Of a DNA stretch of 64,000 bases, positions 20,330-29,513 are shown piece after piece. A program made the position numbers and the translations under genes. The stretch comes from a virus. The stretch covers positions 32,001-96,000 of IMG/VR virus record IMGVR_UViG_3300046758_000611; one strand, given 5' to 3'. The notes under the pieces were generated by a model. It was not told the DNA's origin and made no database searches. It was given only the letters and a program-made list of their open reading frames with translations. The stretch's first letter is position 1; the number at the start of each line of letters is the position of its first letter.

Positions 20330-20956
20330 TTATAAATCTATATCAGCATACTCTTGAAGGTTATTTTCTACTTCTTTTAAACGAGTTTCTAATTCTTCCA
20401 AGTCGTTTTCAAGTTCTTTCATAATTTCATCTTTGTTTGGAAGATTCCATTGTTCAAGTGAACCATCCTCGTTTAAAAACTTTGGATCATTTGTAATGTG
20501 TTCTTTTGATTCTACTAATTTTGTTTTAGTATCTAATAAAAAACTAAGTTCATTTTCGAGCATAGTCTTTTTTTCATATACTTCGTATTTTCCTTCATCT
20601 TTAAGTTTTTGTTCATATTCTTGAACACAATCAAAGCACATTCCTTTCATCGCAAGCATTCTTTTATCTAAGTATTTTGTGTGATCAACTGTACACATTT
20701 TCTTTGGACAATTGGGTGCTTCTCGTAAACTTTTTCGCACAGTATCCATTAGAGTTTCTGTTCTTACCTTGGAGTTAGTTCCAACTTGCTTCCACTCTTT
20801 TCCATCTTTGTCGGTCCAAATTTCACCTGGCTGTCTTATTACAAGTTCTTCAACTTCTCCTTCGTAACCATGAACTTTAGGAAGTTCTTCTCCTTGAAAC
20901 AACTTACGTGATCGTTTAATCACATACTTAATATCATCTTTATCCATTTTTGCCAT
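20330..20956 (-). CDS. conserved Cys-containing (putative zinc-binding) protein upstream of terminase
   Basis: Likely start ATG 20956 (MAKMDK); GEIWTDKDGKEW, CPKKMC...GMCFDC, C-terminal coiled coil. Confidence 0.7.
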   Translation of the reverse strand: MAKMDKDDIKYVIKRSRKLFQGEELPKVHGYEGEVEELVIRQPGEIWTDKDGKEWKQVGTNSKVRTETLMDTVRKSLREAPNCPKKMCTVDHTKYLDKRMLAMKGMCFDCVQEYEQKLKDEGKYEVYEKKTMLENELSFLLDTKTKLVESKEHITNDPKFLNEDGSLEQWNLPNKDEIMKELENDLEELETRLKEVENNLQEYADIDL

Positions 20957-20963
20957 ATCCAAT

Positions 20964-20992
20964 ATTATCACACTTTTTTTCTAGTTTGTCAA
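20964..20992 (-). promoter_or_regulatory. sigma70-type promoter TTGACA-N17-GATAAT
   Basis: Hexamers at 20987-20992 and 20964-20969 with a 17-nt spacer. Confidence 0.6.
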
Positions 20993-20995
20993 ATA

Positions 20996-21397
20996 TTAAG
21001 ATAATTTTTCAAATGATTTTACGCATTCATCTAAAAAAACGTTTATTAAAAAGTTTAAATACAAATTTCTATATTTATCTCGTTGAGAATCACTTAAATC
21101 ATATTGCATAAATCTTAATTCTTCGGAACAATGTTCTTCTTTTCTCATTCTATCCTGTATACACAGAATGACTTTTTTTACAGAGCAGTGTTCTTCTCCG
21201 TATCCATATAAATATCCACAATGTAATGATAGTTTTAGTCCTTCATCTTGAATAGAAACTACAAACTCTCTATCAAGATACTTAACTGGTTTAGGTAAGA
21301 CTGCACGTTGTGATGTTCTGAATTTGGTACATACCGATGATATTTCTTTTTCAACTTCAATTGATTTTAAATAAATGTTACCATTTAACTTAATCAT
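20996..21397 (-). CDS. hypothetical protein
   Basis: Likely start ATG 21397 (MIKLNG) overlapping upstream stop. Confidence 0.55.
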   Translation of the reverse strand: MIKLNGNIYLKSIEVEKEISSVCTKFRTSQRAVLPKPVKYLDREFVVSIQDEGLKLSLHCGYLYGYGEEHCSVKKVILCIQDRMRKEEHCSEELRFMQYDLSDSQRDKYRNLYLNFLINVFLDECVKSFEKLS

Positions 21398-22448
21398 ACT
21401 TTCCTTTTTTAAAGTCTTTTCTATCATATGACTTTTTACTTTTCATTGGTCTACTTTTAGGCATTGTTTGTTTTCTTACCTTATTATAGGCATCAAGTTT
21501 TGTTAATAGTTTTTTTTGTTTTGCTTCCGACAATTTTTTTATTTTATGCACTAGCATTTTAATATATTCTTTTTTGCTACCACGACCTTTGAAATAAGGA
21601 CTTTTGTCACTCAGCATTTTTGCAACATCAAGTATTGCTTTTAAATCTTTTAAATTTTCTTGCTCTTCCTTTCCTTCGTTGGTAGGAACTTTATTTGGTA
21701 AATCATCATGATCAGTTTTTGCCATTTTTTTTGCATCCTTTTTTGTCATGCCATTTGCTATTTTTTTTATTTTTGTATATAAATCAGTATCCACATCAGT
21801 CTTCTTTAAATCTCCTTTGTTGTAAGCATGAACCATTCCAAATAATCTTTGTTGTGATTTCGATACTGATTTTTCTGTTATAGGTCCATCTAATTTCGTA
21901 AACTCAACATAATATATATTTGTTTTGGGAGATTGAAAGATTTTTCCACCTACGTTCTTTTTGTGCTGAATTGCTTCTTTTTTGCTTTTGAAAGAAAAAG
22001 GTTTTAGTTTTCCATTAATATATTGTGCAGATACTTCTAATTTAGAACCATTTACACCGAGTGTAAAAACTCCGTGCTTATTTTCATTTACTGCATTTTT
22101 ATTATTAATTTTACTTCTTACTTTTTTAATTCTTTCTTTTTCTTTTTGTTTTACTTTAGGCAATAACTTTCTTGAAATTTTGTTAATCACAGCTGTTTTT
22201 GTTGCAAGTTTTTTATCTATAAATTCTTTTTGACTAAGAGATAATTCTTGATACTTTTTTCCTCCTGCCAATTTTTTTACTAATATATTTTTTGCGGCCT
22301 TATCTGCTACCTTTTTTAGTTTCGCAGGGGACTTCATTCTTTTTGCAAGTAGTTTTCTTTTAATTGCACGTTTTTTTGCAGTTCTTTTTGCTGATCTTGC
22401 AAGTTTAATTCGTGCAGCCCTTGATAATTTTTTTTCGTTTGTTTTCAC
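21390..22448 (-). CDS. highly basic modular protein, probable head-internal DNA-binding polyprotein (DUF3008-like module)
   Basis: 352 aa, GTG start; K/R-rich N-term; internal KSVSKSQQRLFGMVHA...KKIA..MTKKDAKKMAKT.H..LP.KV module; modules separated by x-x-E junctions. Confidence 0.7.
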   Translation of the reverse strand: MKTNEKKLSRAARIKLARSAKRTAKKRAIKRKLLAKRMKSPAKLKKVADKAAKNILVKKLAGGKKYQELSLSQKEFIDKKLATKTAVINKISRKLLPKVKQKEKERIKKVRSKINNKNAVNENKHGVFTLGVNGSKLEVSAQYINGKLKPFSFKSKKEAIQHKKNVGGKIFQSPKTNIYYVEFTKLDGPITEKSVSKSQQRLFGMVHAYNKGDLKKTDVDTDLYTKIKKIANGMTKKDAKKMAKTDHDDLPNKVPTNEGKEEQENLKDLKAILDVAKMLSDKSPYFKGRGSKKEYIKMLVHKIKKLSEAKQKKLLTKLDAYNKVRKQTMPKSRPMKSKKSYDRKDFKKGKYD

Positions 22449-22449
22449 T

Positions 22450-24978
22450 TTAAAATCTCATTATACCCATAATTTGATTTATAGGAGCAAATGTTCCGGT
22501 TAGTTTATATGTTCCACCTTTATATTGAAATACAACACCTTCTGTTGGTGCGATTGCGTTGCTTCCACCAATAGAATTAAGACGATTGAGATTTTTATTT
22601 AACTTCTCCATGTCTTTCTTAAACTTATCAGGTGATTCAACAGAACCAATCTTTTTTGATTCTAATGTTTTAACATGAACATCAAGTGCCTTTGCTATAT
22701 CATCACTTCCTCCGGCCGCAACGAATCCTTTTACATTCTTTAATACTTCCGCACCCAATTTCAAAAAGATGAATTGAAATGGCCACATATTTTCTTCAAA
22801 TTGTTTTGTAACATCTTCTTTTTCAAACTTAGTAACCCACGCAAGTAACTTTGGATGATCAGATAATTCTTTTTTAATTGTAGTAATTTTATTGGACTTA
22901 TCGTTATATGCCCAACGACCGATGAGTGCCTCGTATACTTTTGATGGAAATATCTCTTTAGTTTTTGTTTGTTGCTTATTTAATAAATCTCTCCACCAAG
23001 AATCATGATACTTCATTACTTTGTCGTTGTCTTTTAATCTAAATTTATTTTTAAGTTTATCTATTTTAGCAGAATACTTTGTATAAGAATCTCCGAATGT
23101 TTTGCTTTTAGGAAGTTCCACAACAATTGGTGCGTTCAGTGAATAACGACTTTGAACATCTGCGTTTATTTGTTTAAGCATACCTTTAAGCATTCTTGCA
23201 GAGTCTTTAAGTTCACTTGTTATATCGTTTCCCTCGGAATCTACACTAACTGCTTTTCCTGCGGAATCATATGCTTGTGTTCCGTGAAATACCAACATAT
23301 CTACATTTTGAGGAATAACATTTTGTGTTGCGGGTGTCATTACCTCTATATTCATAAAACGTTCACCTTCACGAAATACTTTATTCTTTTGTGCATCAGT
23401 AAGACCCGATATAGCAGTTTCCAAATCTTCAACTGCACTTACAAACGCATCACGAATATTATCAGGACGATCAGCAAATATACTAGAAAATTCTTTTACA
23501 TTAGGTGCGGCTGCTCCTGCATTTTTTAAATGTCCTTGATTTCTTGCAGCCACCAATTCACCATCTTTCCAAGAAAACATTAAATTTTGACCATCAAGTT
23601 TTTCAGTAACTTCTTTTTCAACATTTAGTTCACCTGCCAACGACCTACGAATCATTTCTTTTAAATCGGCAAATGTTAAATCACGATCATCGAAAGGATG
23701 ACTCATATGACCAGCCGCACCTCCTTCTGTGATTATTTTGCTTTCCTTTATAGCATGACCTTCAACTCCTTTATCAATTTCTTCACTACCACTTGCTTCT
23801 TTGCTAGATGAATCAATTGTATTTTTATCAACAAGGTCTTCATCTCCTTGTTCGTTGTTCTTACGAATGGATTTTTCAGAACCAACAAAGTCTACAAGTT
23901 TGTATCCTACAGTTTCGGCAACATTTTCAATGAAGTTAACCCATTGATCGTGGGCATTTGAAGTTTCTTCTGTATTAATTTGATTTGTAGGTGATCCTAC
24001 ATCAAAATCACCAGAAGGATAAAAAGATACCGCAGGAACTGGACCAGAGTATTTTCCCCACTCACGATAATCTGCGTTACGACCTAATCCGTTTTTTCCA
24101 ACCACAAAGTCAAGCACATCATAACCAAGTTGCTTTGCACGGTTTGATGTGTAACTTTCATAAGACTCACCTGGATAATAAACAGAAGGTCCATCATCAA
24201 CCATTGATTTTCCCATTGAAGATATTGAACTTATTTCGTTTATTATACTTGGAAATTTTTCAATAAGTTTTTCAAACTTTGGATATTCATTTAAAAAGTT
24301 TTCAAAAATTTCTTCGTTTTCAAATAATGTTCCGAACTTCTTAGTAAGATACTTAAATATTTTTTCATCATACCAACCGAAGAGCTCTTCAAATGCTTGA
24401 ATCTTTGTCATTTCATCGTGTTCAGGACTACCCAATAAATCACGAATCCGAGTACCACTTACTTCTTTTCCCAAGACCTTGATACTTACATGAGGAGCAA
24501 CAATAAAATAACCATGTTCACCGTATGGTTTTAGATCATTTTTATTTTTCTCATATGATTGATAGTATGCAGGTGATCCATCTGCTTTAGTTGTTTTGAG
24601 ACGACCTGCATCTTTTTCTCCAAAAATATAAACCACCGCAGTTGTATTCGGATTATACTTTTTTAAAATCTCTTCGCATACATACGGATTTTTTACTTTA
24701 ACTACATTCTTAACTCCATGCTTCGTCCATACCAGTTTCTTTTCTTTAAAATTCAAAGGACTTTTTGTGGCATCGGTTTTATTACTCGTAGCAACATATG
24801 CTTTATCAAACTTACCATCTAACCACTTGTATGTTTTGTAATGATGCACACCTGCCGGTTGAAATCTACCAGGATAAATTCCAATTACCTTTTTTATTTT
24901 AGGTGATTCATTCAACAACTCTTCAACCATAAAGTCGGTTAAGTCATTTGCAAGTGAGTTAGTGTTTTTGTAATTCAT
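22450..24978 (-). CDS. fusion: cytidylyltransferase-like (HIGH-class) domain plus ATP-dependent ligase-like nucleotidyltransferase domain
   Basis: 842 aa; IGIYPGRFQPAGVHH, GEKDAGRL, VSGTRIR; then GGAAGHMSHPFDD, EKLDGQN (KxDG), AARN, NIEVM, LVFHG, EGVVF, YKLTG. Confidence 0.75.
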   Translation of the reverse strand: MNYKNTNSLANDLTDFMVEELLNESPKIKKVIGIYPGRFQPAGVHHYKTYKWLDGKFDKAYVATSNKTDATKSPLNFKEKKLVWTKHGVKNVVKVKNPYVCEEILKKYNPNTTAVVYIFGEKDAGRLKTTKADGSPAYYQSYEKNKNDLKPYGEHGYFIVAPHVSIKVLGKEVSGTRIRDLLGSPEHDEMTKIQAFEELFGWYDEKIFKYLTKKFGTLFENEEIFENFLNEYPKFEKLIEKFPSIINEISSISSMGKSMVDDGPSVYYPGESYESYTSNRAKQLGYDVLDFVVGKNGLGRNADYREWGKYSGPVPAVSFYPSGDFDVGSPTNQINTEETSNAHDQWVNFIENVAETVGYKLVDFVGSEKSIRKNNEQGDEDLVDKNTIDSSSKEASGSEEIDKGVEGHAIKESKIITEGGAAGHMSHPFDDRDLTFADLKEMIRRSLAGELNVEKEVTEKLDGQNLMFSWKDGELVAARNQGHLKNAGAAAPNVKEFSSIFADRPDNIRDAFVSAVEDLETAISGLTDAQKNKVFREGERFMNIEVMTPATQNVIPQNVDMLVFHGTQAYDSAGKAVSVDSEGNDITSELKDSARMLKGMLKQINADVQSRYSLNAPIVVELPKSKTFGDSYTKYSAKIDKLKNKFRLKDNDKVMKYHDSWWRDLLNKQQTKTKEIFPSKVYEALIGRWAYNDKSNKITTIKKELSDHPKLLAWVTKFEKEDVTKQFEENMWPFQFIFLKLGAEVLKNVKGFVAAGGSDDIAKALDVHVKTLESKKIGSVESPDKFKKDMEKLNKNLNRLNSIGGSNAIAPTEGVVFQYKGGTYKLTGTFAPINQIMGIMRF

Positions 24979-25508
24979 TTAGTTTCAAGAATTTCTGCTA
25001 AGATAGTTCTTATTTGGTTTCTAAGTTTTTGCTCGTATACTTTTCGTGAAATGAAACGATTAAATTCACCCTTTGACATTCCAGTAAGTTCATCTGCCAT
25101 TTCATCAAATCCCTTTCTTTGTAAAAACGCAACAACTTTATCTTTTGCTTTTAAAATACTTGTATGTAATCCTGACATAAAATCAATTGCCTTTTTGTAC
25201 TCAGGACTTGTTAATTTAATTTCATTTGTTTTTTTCATTTTATTTGATTCCTCGTATTGTGACATATAAAAGTCTTCATCAGATGCAGCTGCCTGAAAAT
25301 CTCTCCAAGCTTGTTCTGCTTCTTTTCCCACCATTATTACTTTTCCTTTTGGATAATAAAGTATTTCATCTCCTTTTTTAAATTTAATGCCACCCTTGCG
25401 AAGTCTTCGTTGTACAGGTAGTCTTTGTTCACCAGATACTCCATCATATTTTGATTTCATCCAAAATGGATCGTCTTTATATCTTTTATATTCTGATATG
25501 TTTTTCAT
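24975..25508 (-). CDS. hypothetical protein
   Basis: 177 aa; YKDDPFWM...KKGDEILYYPKGK; C-term EQKLRNQIRTILAEILE. Confidence 0.65.
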   Translation of the reverse strand: MKNISEYKRYKDDPFWMKSKYDGVSGEQRLPVQRRLRKGGIKFKKGDEILYYPKGKVIMVGKEAEQAWRDFQAAASDEDFYMSQYEESNKMKKTNEIKLTSPEYKKAIDFMSGLHTSILKAKDKVVAFLQRKGFDEMADELTGMSKGEFNRFISRKVYEQKLRNQIRTILAEILETK

Positions 25509-25511
25509 AAG

Positions 25512-25838
25512 TTATCCTTCTATATAATCTATGGGTTTGTTTGTTTTAATGTTTTTCTTACAGGCCTCTTTTTTTTCAAAATACATATATGGAGAATTTT
25601 TGATATACCACTCTGTACAATGATAGACGGTTCCACTTAAGATAGGTCCTTCCGTACTCATTGATTCTGTAAACGAACCTATAAATTCATATTTGTGTTT
25701 TTCTTTTAAAAAACGGTTTGCCATATTTTTTGACCAAGATTCATTTCCTTCTTTTTTTGTTTCAAAACTATATTTCTCACCCGACTTTGCGAGTTCAAGT
25801 TTATATGATTCACCTAAACTTTCGGATACTAAATTCAT
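25512..25838 (-). CDS. hypothetical protein
   Basis: 108 aa, translationally coupled to upstream kinase. Confidence 0.55.
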   Translation of the reverse strand: MNLVSESLGESYKLELAKSGEKYSFETKKEGNESWSKNMANRFLKEKHKYEFIGSFTESMSTEGPILSGTVYHCTEWYIKNSPYMYFEKKEACKKNIKTNKPIDYIEG

Positions 25839-26869
25839 TAATCAAACTTCTCCGATTTAATTTTCATGTAAAATCTAGTAAATTCGTCACTATCTAGTTC
25901 TAAACTTTCAACTAATCTTGATAATACTGCCAAATTCCGTTGAGGTGATAGATTAAACTTTTCTATTATATAAATTGTACGACTCAAATATCGTTCAAGG
26001 TCTGCTGGTAAAATTGCTTTATCAATTTCATTTAATAGTTGTTCAGTAACACGATTTCTTTTATCACCACTTTTGCTCATTTTATCGTATGCCATCATCA
26101 TTTTGATCCATTTCTTTCCAATTGGATTTTTAATTGGTTTTGAAATAAATTTTGCTACCTCTTTCATAAGTCGTGGAACTAAATCTAATCTACCAGGTTT
26201 TGTTTTACTACGAGTATCTTCTGAATTGTCTACTATAACAAAGTTTGCTTTGAACAAACCTTGAAACTTACCAAGATTTTTTTGGACATCTGTCCAAATA
26301 TCCTTTACTATTTTTCGTGGAAGTTTTCTTTTACGCATTGCGTTTCTTTGTTGTGCGACATCAAGTGTTGTGTTTACAAACACCATATAACAATCGTATC
26401 CTAGTTTTTCAAGTTCTTTTTTTTGCTTTGATATTTTGTTATAGTTGTCACCTGTCCCATCAACAATAATACCCAAACGACCATCTTTAAATAACTCAAA
26501 TTGTTTAAGCATTATTTTCTTCGCACGGGAACGAATACTATTTGGATCATCACTTGTTACTTTGGCAAATGTTTCATCATCCATTTTAGATAAATTCAGA
26601 TCATATCCTGCCTTTTTAAGTAATATTTCAAATGCAGGATCACTGTTTACAATCTTTAAACCACTTGGTGATAAATTTTTTGCATCCGGTGGAAAATTGA
26701 ATAATGTATCAACAGTAGCAGATTTACCAGAACCAGGTCCTCCTGCTAAAAATACTGCTTTTAAAATACCAGGATCATATACACCCTCTACAAGTGTAAA
26801 GTATCCTTTACGCAATCCTGCTTTAATCAGGGTTTCTTGGACTTTTTGATTTTCTTCGGATTTTTCCAT
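25838..26869 (-). CDS. P-loop kinase (AAA_33 / zeta-toxin / PNK-like)
   Basis: 343 aa; AVFLAGGPGSGKS Walker A, VNSD, IIVDGTG, MVFVNTTLDVAQQRN..R.R lid, VIVDN. Confidence 0.85.
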   Translation of the reverse strand: MEKSEENQKVQETLIKAGLRKGYFTLVEGVYDPGILKAVFLAGGPGSGKSATVDTLFNFPPDAKNLSPSGLKIVNSDPAFEILLKKAGYDLNLSKMDDETFAKVTSDDPNSIRSRAKKIMLKQFELFKDGRLGIIVDGTGDNYNKISKQKKELEKLGYDCYMVFVNTTLDVAQQRNAMRKRKLPRKIVKDIWTDVQKNLGKFQGLFKANFVIVDNSEDTRSKTKPGRLDLVPRLMKEVAKFISKPIKNPIGKKWIKMMMAYDKMSKSGDKRNRVTEQLLNEIDKAILPADLERYLSRTIYIIEKFNLSPQRNLAVLSRLVESLELDSDEFTRFYMKIKSEKFD

Positions 26870-26912
26870 AAATACAATTCAGGTACATAATAAATATATA
26901 TCTAAATATGTT

Positions 26913-29513
26913 TTATGCTCCGTATTTTATCTTACTAAATGAACCTTCTTTTTGAATTTCTACAATTTCATCCACCATATCTCGCATAACATCCAAATGG
27001 CTAATGACTACGATGAACTCAAATTGCCCCTTTAAATAGGTAAATAGATTAAATACACTACTGATGTTATCTCCGTCTAATGTACCCCACCCTTCATCAA
27101 TAACAAGGAAATTAGAACGAGGAAGACTGCTTACATTGATAAGTGCCACACGCATAGCAATACTGCTTATGAATCGTTCCATGCCACTACACATCTCTAA
27201 AGGCCAATGACGATCTTCATAAGTAATCTTTGAGTAAATGTGTTTTCCGTCCATTTCAAGATTCATGCCGAAATCAACGATTTGAGAAAGAATATTATTA
27301 ACCTCACTTTCAATACTAGGAATAGTTTTAGAAATAAGTTCATATGAAATACCATCTCGTTTTACTGCATCAAGATATAGTTCATATCCTCGTTTTTTTC
27401 TTTCATAACTTTTTGCCTCTTCGATAGATGAAAGAACATCTTCGTGTTCTTTTTCAACAATCTTAACTTCACCAAAAAGAGTTTGAAGTTTTTCTGTTTC
27501 TTCATTTGCTATTAAATTCACTTTTGTAAGTTTATTTTGTATATCAGCAACTTCAACTTGTAAAGATTTATTAAATTCAATAATATCTTTACATTCATAA
27601 TATTCGTTGATACTTTTTTCATTTAATAGAATATCCTTTTCAAGTGATTCTATCATACTTGACAATGCAAGAATCTTGGCATCTGTTTGATTTATTTCAT
27701 AAGAAAGTTGTGTATTTTCTGATTTTAAATTATTATACAATTCATAATCACTATCAACATTTTTATATATTTCAAGTTGTTGTTCAAATTCATTTTTTCT
27801 CTTAACAAGTTCATCTGCATCTGCTTTATCTTTATCAAGTTCTTTTTTAGTAATTTCCGCACTTTCTATCAAATTTTTTGAATTAGTAACACAATGCTTA
27901 CAATTAGGATCGTATTCATGACTATCATAATGTTTCAATTTATCAAGTTTAGCATTAACTGATGTTCTTAATACTGCCAAATCTTTATCGACTAAATTTA
28001 TATTTTCACGAATTTTTAAGACATCTACATATTTTTCTTCTATACCGTCAAGTTCAGATATTTTTTTGAATTTTAGTGATTTATCGTTTGATAACTTCTT
28101 CTTTTTATCAGACTCAAGTGAACGATTATCTTTTGCCACATCAAGTCTTTCTTTTAAGTTTGTTTTATTAAATTCTAATTTATCTATATCTACGGATGCT
28201 TCCTCAAATGAGCAATTTTTAAATTGTGCATTTTTGTCTGCCAATTCTTTATTTAGTTTTTTCTGTTTTAATAAAGCAATATTAGTTCTACTATCCTGTT
28301 CATTGTATTGATGTTTAACATCTTCTAATTTTTCTTGAACATTGTTTAATGTTTCATCAAAATCTTCACGATTAAATCTTTTTAAAAGTGCGTTTATTTC
28401 TTTTATATCTTCCGATGCAGTTGTATGTAACTGATCGAACATATCTATTCCCATAAACTGAGCAAGTAAATCTTTTCTCTCACTTTGACTTTTATCTATA
28501 AAAATTGCATTATTATTTTGCAAACTAAGTGTAGTCAAAACAAAATCATCATATGACCCGACATGATCACGTATTACTGCATTGGTTCCTGCTCTTTGTT
28601 CTCCGTTTAGTGAAATTGTTTGACCTTCTTCATCATGTTTCCAGAAATCAACAACAACCGTTACATCTCCGTTCTTTTTAGTAGTTGCAGTTCTTTCTAT
28701 AAAATAATTTACTCCACTTATTTCAAAATTAAGTTTACAGTAAAAATTATCAGTTTGTGTATTCAATACGTGTGCGGCCTTGAATGCACGATCACATTTA
28801 TCAAATAAACAAAAACTCAAAGCACTCATCACACTACTTTTACCACTTGCATTTGAGGCAAATAATCCCATAACACTTTTCATGTTTGAAAAGTCTATTA
28901 TGTTTCCATCTCCGTAACTAAACATATTACCGAATTCAAACTTCTTTGGTTTCCAAATACAATTTCTTAAAACTTCTTTTACTACCAACTTTTCATTTAT
29001 TTCTTTGTTGATATCAAGAGCAGTTTTTACTTGCTCATCATCAACAACAAAATTCCTGCGAAGATAATCTTCTATTAAATCATTTTGAACTTGTATTGTA
29101 GTAATGTCACCGAAATCAAATTTATTATCACGATCATATTTTTTTGCCTCGGAAATTGCATCACAACGAGTTACATTCAAATCACTTATATTTGTTTTCT
29201 TTCGTATATCTGCTATAATTTCTTTAGTTTCAGTTGCAGTAGTATTATATACCTTTACACGAAGTCTTGCTTTTCTTGGTAATAAACTAAGATCACTAAT
29301 ACACTTTCCATCACGAACTACAATTGTATAATATCCATAATCATTGTGAACTTCGTGGTGCGTATGTGTTTGATTATTTAAGTCCCACAAAACATATCCA
29401 TGACCATTTGGTTTTTCACCGTGATTTTGTTGAATCATACTACCAGAATAAACAACAATTGGTTTATTCTTATTGTGTCTTTTTACTTTTATATATGTTT
29501 CTTTATCTTCCAT
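26913..29513 (-). CDS. sbcC: SbcC/Rad50 (gp46-like) ATPase carrying at its N-terminus the C-terminal part of the SbcD/Mre11 nuclease
   Basis: Likely start ATG 29513 (MEDKET); PIVVYSGSMIQQNHGE...GYVLWD (Mre11 C-part); NASGKSS Walker A, LSLQNN Q-loop, CKHC zinc hook, CSGMERF signature, LVIDEG Walker B, ISH. Confidence 0.9.
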   Translation of the reverse strand: MEDKETYIKVKRHNKNKPIVVYSGSMIQQNHGEKPNGHGYVLWDLNNQTHTHHEVHNDYGYYTIVVRDGKCISDLSLLPRKARLRVKVYNTTATETKEIIADIRKKTNISDLNVTRCDAISEAKKYDRDNKFDFGDITTIQVQNDLIEDYLRRNFVVDDEQVKTALDINKEINEKLVVKEVLRNCIWKPKKFEFGNMFSYGDGNIIDFSNMKSVMGLFASNASGKSSVMSALSFCLFDKCDRAFKAAHVLNTQTDNFYCKLNFEISGVNYFIERTATTKKNGDVTVVVDFWKHDEEGQTISLNGEQRAGTNAVIRDHVGSYDDFVLTTLSLQNNNAIFIDKSQSERKDLLAQFMGIDMFDQLHTTASEDIKEINALLKRFNREDFDETLNNVQEKLEDVKHQYNEQDSRTNIALLKQKKLNKELADKNAQFKNCSFEEASVDIDKLEFNKTNLKERLDVAKDNRSLESDKKKKLSNDKSLKFKKISELDGIEEKYVDVLKIRENINLVDKDLAVLRTSVNAKLDKLKHYDSHEYDPNCKHCVTNSKNLIESAEITKKELDKDKADADELVKRKNEFEQQLEIYKNVDSDYELYNNLKSENTQLSYEINQTDAKILALSSMIESLEKDILLNEKSINEYYECKDIIEFNKSLQVEVADIQNKLTKVNLIANEETEKLQTLFGEVKIVEKEHEDVLSSIEEAKSYERKKRGYELYLDAVKRDGISYELISKTIPSIESEVNNILSQIVDFGMNLEMDGKHIYSKITYEDRHWPLEMCSGMERFISSIAMRVALINVSSLPRSNFLVIDEGWGTLDGDNISSVFNLFTYLKGQFEFIVVISHLDVMRDMVDEIVEIQKEGSFSKIKYGA

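Noticed and set aside
25838-26869. Zeta toxin-antitoxin module
   Set aside because: P-loop similarity alone is insufficient; no recognisable epsilon antitoxin, and the context suggests a late head-associated kinase.
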